From an uncultured delta proteobacterium (GTDB lineage Bacteria > Myxococcota_A > Polyangia > Polyangiales > Polyangiaceae), in the NCBI GenBank assembly GCA_963782055.1, contig CAWAIF010000003.1:480001-544000 (forward strand): DNA of 64,000 nucleotides, written 5' to 3'. Below, one piece after another: positions 57,274 through 64,000 of the stretch. A model generated the notes under the pieces. That model ran no database searches. It had not been told where the DNA came from and was given only the letters and a program-made list of their open reading frames with translations. Made by a program: the position numbers and the translations under genes. The first letter of the stretch is position 1, and the number at the start of each line of letters is the position of its first letter.

Positions 57274-57804
57274 ATGAAGAAGTGGTACGTGATTCAGACC
57301 TACTCGGGATACGAGAACAAGGTCCGCGAGGCGCTCCAGCAGCGCATCAAGGAGCACAACATGGAGGAGCGCTTCGGCGAGGTCCTCATCCCGACCGAGA
57401 CGGTTCAGGAGCCGCGCGCCGGCGGGAAGACCCGCGTCCGCCAAAAGAACAGCTTCCCCGGCTACATCTTCGTCGAGATGGACATGAGCGAGGAGGCCTG
57501 GCACCTCGTCAAGGACACCCCGAAGGTCACCGGCTTCATCGGCAACCAGCGCCCGCAGGAGGTCAAGCCTCCGCAGATCGACGACCTCCGCAAGATCATC
57601 GTGGAGGGCGCGGTCAAGCCCAAGCCCCGCGTCTCCTTCGAGGCGGGCAACCAGATCCGCGTCATCGACGGCCCCTTCGCCAACTTCTCCGGCACCGTCG
57701 AAGAGGTCAACCCCGACAAGCAGAAGCTCCGCGTCAAGGTGTCCATCTTCGGGCGCGCCACGCCGGTGGAGCTGGACTTCGCGCAGGTGGAGAAGAGCGC
57801 CTGA
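57274..57804 (+). CDS. nusG: Transcription termination/antitermination factor NusG
   Basis: [41 protein letters not shown]. Confidence 0.97.
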   Translation: MKKWYVIQTYSGYENKVREALQQRIKEHNMEERFGEVLIPTETVQEPRAGGKTRVRQKNSFPGYIFVEMDMSEEAWHLVKDTPKVTGFIGNQRPQEVKPPQIDDLRKIIVEGAVKPKPRVSFEAGNQIRVIDGPFANFSGTVEEVNPDKQKLRVKVSIFGRATPVELDFAQVEKSA

Positions 57805-57932
57805 GGCGCGCAACGCAGGCTTAGACACGACACGACACATCACCACTACGGACCGCCCTCGCGGCGACCACCCGTAGGAGCTGGGACCCGAGCCACCGCG
57901 AAGGCCCCAACGAACCGAAGACAGGTAACGCG

Positions 57933-58373
57933 ATGAAGAAGATCACCGGATACGTGAAGCTGCAGCTCCCCGCGGGAAAGGCCAACCCGGCGCCGCCGGT
58001 CGGGCCCGCGCTCGGCTCGGCCGGCGTGAACATCATGCAGTTCTGCAAGGAGTTCAACGCGAAGACCGCCGGCGGGGACATGATCATCCCCGTCGTCATC
58101 ACGGTCTACTCCGACCGCTCCTTCACCTTCGTGCTGCGCACGCCCCCCGCGAGTGTCCTCTTGAAGAAGGCCGCCGGCCTCTCGACGGGGAAGAAGCCCG
58201 GCTCGGGCTCCAAGGAGCCGAACAAGACCAAGGTCGGTCAGGTGACGATGGCCCAGGTGCGCGAGCTGGCGAAGCAGAAGATCGTCGACATGAACACCGC
58301 CGATCTGGAGTCCGCCGTCCGCACCATCAAGGGCACCGCCCGCTCGATGGGCATCGACGTAGTCGAGAAGTGA
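57933..58373 (+). CDS. rplK: 50S ribosomal protein L11
   Basis: [31 protein letters not shown]. Confidence 0.98.
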   Translation: MKKITGYVKLQLPAGKANPAPPVGPALGSAGVNIMQFCKEFNAKTAGGDMIIPVVITVYSDRSFTFVLRTPPASVLLKKAAGLSTGKKPGSGSKEPNKTKVGQVTMAQVRELAKQKIVDMNTADLESAVRTIKGTARSMGIDVVEK

Positions 58374-58445
58374 CCCCCGTACCACCGCCCGGGTAGTCAA
58401 CCGGCAACGGTGGGAGATCCAAGCAACCGATCGAATAGGAGGCAA

Positions 58446-59156
58446 ATGCCGAAAGTCTCGAAGAACCGCGCGAAGGTCGACGAAGTCGTCGATCGCACGC
58501 GCAAGTACAGCGTCGAGGAGGCGTGCGCTCTGGTCAAACAGGCCAAGTTCGCCAAGTTCGACGAAACGGTCGACATCGCTGTCCGTCTGGGCGTGAATCC
58601 CAAACACGCCGATCAGATGGTCCGCGGCGCGATCGTTCTGCCGCATGGAACCGGGCAGACCGTCCGCGTGCTCGTCTTCGCCAAGGGCGAGAAGGAGCGC
58701 GAGGCTCGCGAAGCCGGCGCCGACTTCGTCGGCTCCGACGACATGGTCGCCAAGGTCTCCGAAGGCTTCATGGACTTCGACCGCGTCATCGCCACGCCCG
58801 ACATGATGGGCGTGGTCGGCAAGCTCGGTCGCGTCCTCGGCCCGCGTGGTCTCATGCCGAACCCCAAGGTCGGCACGGTGACCTTCGACGTGGGTCAGGC
58901 GGTCCGCGAGGCCAAGGGCGGCAAGGTGGAGTACCGGGTCGAGAAGGCGGGCATCGTCCACGCCCGCATCGGCAAGAGCTCGTTCGCGGAGGCCGCCCTC
59001 GCGGACAACGCGAGCGCCCTCATCAACGCCCTCGTCAAGGCCAAGCCCTCGACGGCGAAGGGGACCTACCTCAAGAGCATCACGGTGAGCTCCACCATGG
59101 GCCCTGGAGTGAAGGTCGACCCGGGTCCGTACATGGGCCACGTCGAGGAGGGGTGA
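58446..59156 (+). CDS. rplA: 50S ribosomal protein L1
   Basis: [36 protein letters not shown]. Confidence 0.98.
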   Translation: MPKVSKNRAKVDEVVDRTRKYSVEEACALVKQAKFAKFDETVDIAVRLGVNPKHADQMVRGAIVLPHGTGQTVRVLVFAKGEKEREAREAGADFVGSDDMVAKVSEGFMDFDRVIATPDMMGVVGKLGRVLGPRGLMPNPKVGTVTFDVGQAVREAKGGKVEYRVEKAGIVHARIGKSSFAEAALADNASALINALVKAKPSTAKGTYLKSITVSSTMGPGVKVDPGPYMGHVEEG

Positions 59157-59160
59157 CCCC

Positions 59161-59685
59161 ATGGAACGCGCTCAGAAAGAACAGCAGATCGGCGAGATCA
59201 AGTCTCGCTTCGACAAGATGACCGCCGCGGTCTTCCTCGACTTCAAGGGGATGACGGTGGAGCACGCGACCAAGCTCCGGTCGGAGTTCCGCAAGGCGGG
59301 CGTCGAATACAAGGTGTGCAAGAACACGCTCGTCAGGCAGGCCATCAAGGGCACCGCCTACGGCGAGAAGCTCGACGAGGTGCTGATCGGCATGACCGGC
59401 ATCGCGTGGAGCTACGAGGACCCCAGCGCCGCCGCGAAGATCGTCAAGGCCTTCAAGAAGGACTCCGCCGGGGACAAGCTCACCATCAAGGCAGGTCTCG
59501 TCGAGGGACAGATCCTGGACGGCAAGGCCGTCGAGGACCAGCTCGCGACGATGCCCGGCAAGGACGAGCTACGGTCGATGCTGCTCGCGACGCTCCAGGC
59601 GCCCATGCAGCAGTTCGTCCGCTTGCTCAACGCCCCCGCCCAGAACTTCGTCTACGTACTGGCGGCGAAAGAGGACGAGGGCTGA
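59161..59685 (+). CDS. rplJ: 50S ribosomal protein L10
   Basis: DFKGMTV, LRSEFR, VCKNTL, LATMPGKDEL. Confidence 0.95.
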   Translation: MERAQKEQQIGEIKSRFDKMTAAVFLDFKGMTVEHATKLRSEFRKAGVEYKVCKNTLVRQAIKGTAYGEKLDEVLIGMTGIAWSYEDPSAAAKIVKAFKKDSAGDKLTIKAGLVEGQILDGKAVEDQLATMPGKDELRSMLLATLQAPMQQFVRLLNAPAQNFVYVLAAKEDEG

Positions 59686-59746
59686 TTTCTCGGAGGTGGT
59701 TTCCACCTTCCAACAAAGACTCGATTGAAGATTACGGAGAATAACA

Positions 59747-60130
59747 ATGGCTGAGATTACGAAAGAGCAAGTGGTCGATTTCCTCTCCAACATGCCGGTC
59801 ATCCAGCTGGCGGAGATGATCAAGACGCTCGAGGACAAGTGGGGCGTCAAGGCGGCCCCGGCGGCGGTCGCGATGGCGGCGGCGCCGGCGGGCGGCGCGG
59901 CTCCCGCGGCGGTGGAGCAGACGGAGTTCACCGTCGAGCTCAAGGAGACGGGCGCGAACAAGATCAACGTGATCAAGGTCGTACGCGAGATCACTGGCCT
60001 GGGCCTCAAGGAGGCCAAGGACCTGGTCGAGGCCGCTCCGAAGCCCCTCAAGGAGGGCGTCTCCAAGGCCGAGGCCGAGGAGATGAAGAAGAAGCTCGAG
60101 GAAGCCGGCGCCAAGGTCGACCTCAAGTAA
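59747..60130 (+). CDS. rplL: 50S ribosomal protein L7/L12
   Basis: Ala-rich hinge, [24 protein letters not shown]. Confidence 0.98.
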   Translation: MAEITKEQVVDFLSNMPVIQLAEMIKTLEDKWGVKAAPAAVAMAAAPAGGAAPAAVEQTEFTVELKETGANKINVIKVVREITGLGLKEAKDLVEAAPKPLKEGVSKAEAEEMKKKLEEAGAKVDLK

Positions 60131-60146
60131 AGCCTGCGCCTCCCTC

Positions 60147-60270
60147 CCCCTCTCCCTCCCCGGGAGGGGGGGCCGGGGGGTGAGGTGATGCTTACTTTTC
60201 CTATTTTGTTTCCAGCTCTCGGTCGTGTCGCTCGCCCCATTCCCCCTTCACGGGGGGCGCGGGGGTGAGG
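60147..60270. repeat. Two REP-like GC-rich palindromic elements in the rplL-rpoB spacer
   Basis: CCCCTCTCCC..GGGAGGGGGGGCCGGGGGGTGAGG (60147-60185) and CCCCATTCCCCC..GGGGGGCGCGGGGGTGAGG (60235-60270). Confidence 0.55.
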
Positions 60271-60282
60271 TTAGGAGCAGCG

Positions 60283-64000
<3,718 letters not shown>

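Overview
High-GC bacterial chromosomal window. The gene content (many Hanks-type Ser/Thr kinases, FHA/GAF sigma54 activators, an AgmX/PglI-type protein, Cys-rich lipoproteins) points to a myxobacterium, probably Polyangiaceae-like; this is an inference. Housekeeping loci are a partial ATP synthase operon (atpF', atpF, atpH, atpA, atpG), proS, folK, trmB, a PrkA-family gene, and the tRNA(Thr,Tyr,Gly,Thr)-tuf-rpmG-tRNA(Trp)-secE-nusG-rplK-rplA-rplJ-rplL-rpoB cluster, with rpoB running off the window. The most notable observations are: (1) an orphan NuoL/NuoM-like pair that appears to lack the conserved proton-pumping residues and carries extracytoplasmic PEGA-like and Ig-like domains, with a 1-nt frameshift in the NuoM-like gene; (2) a two-gene lipoprotein insert after proS whose HExxH metalloprotease is out of frame at a G9 tract just after its lipobox (phase variation or sequencing error); (3) a cassette of Cys-rich lipoproteins, a TPR/PEGA membrane protein, a kinase and an FHA-sigma54 activator; (4) about ten genes with a -10-like hexamer 6-9 nt before the start codon, suggesting leaderless mRNAs; (5) a ~85-aa insertion and poly-Lys tail in AtpA, an atypical EF-Tu switch I, a 26-bp duplication of the tRNA-Gly 3' end and REP-like palindromes. 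No CRISPR array, rRNA, integrase or transposase was seen. All family calls come from motif recognition by eye, not database searches.
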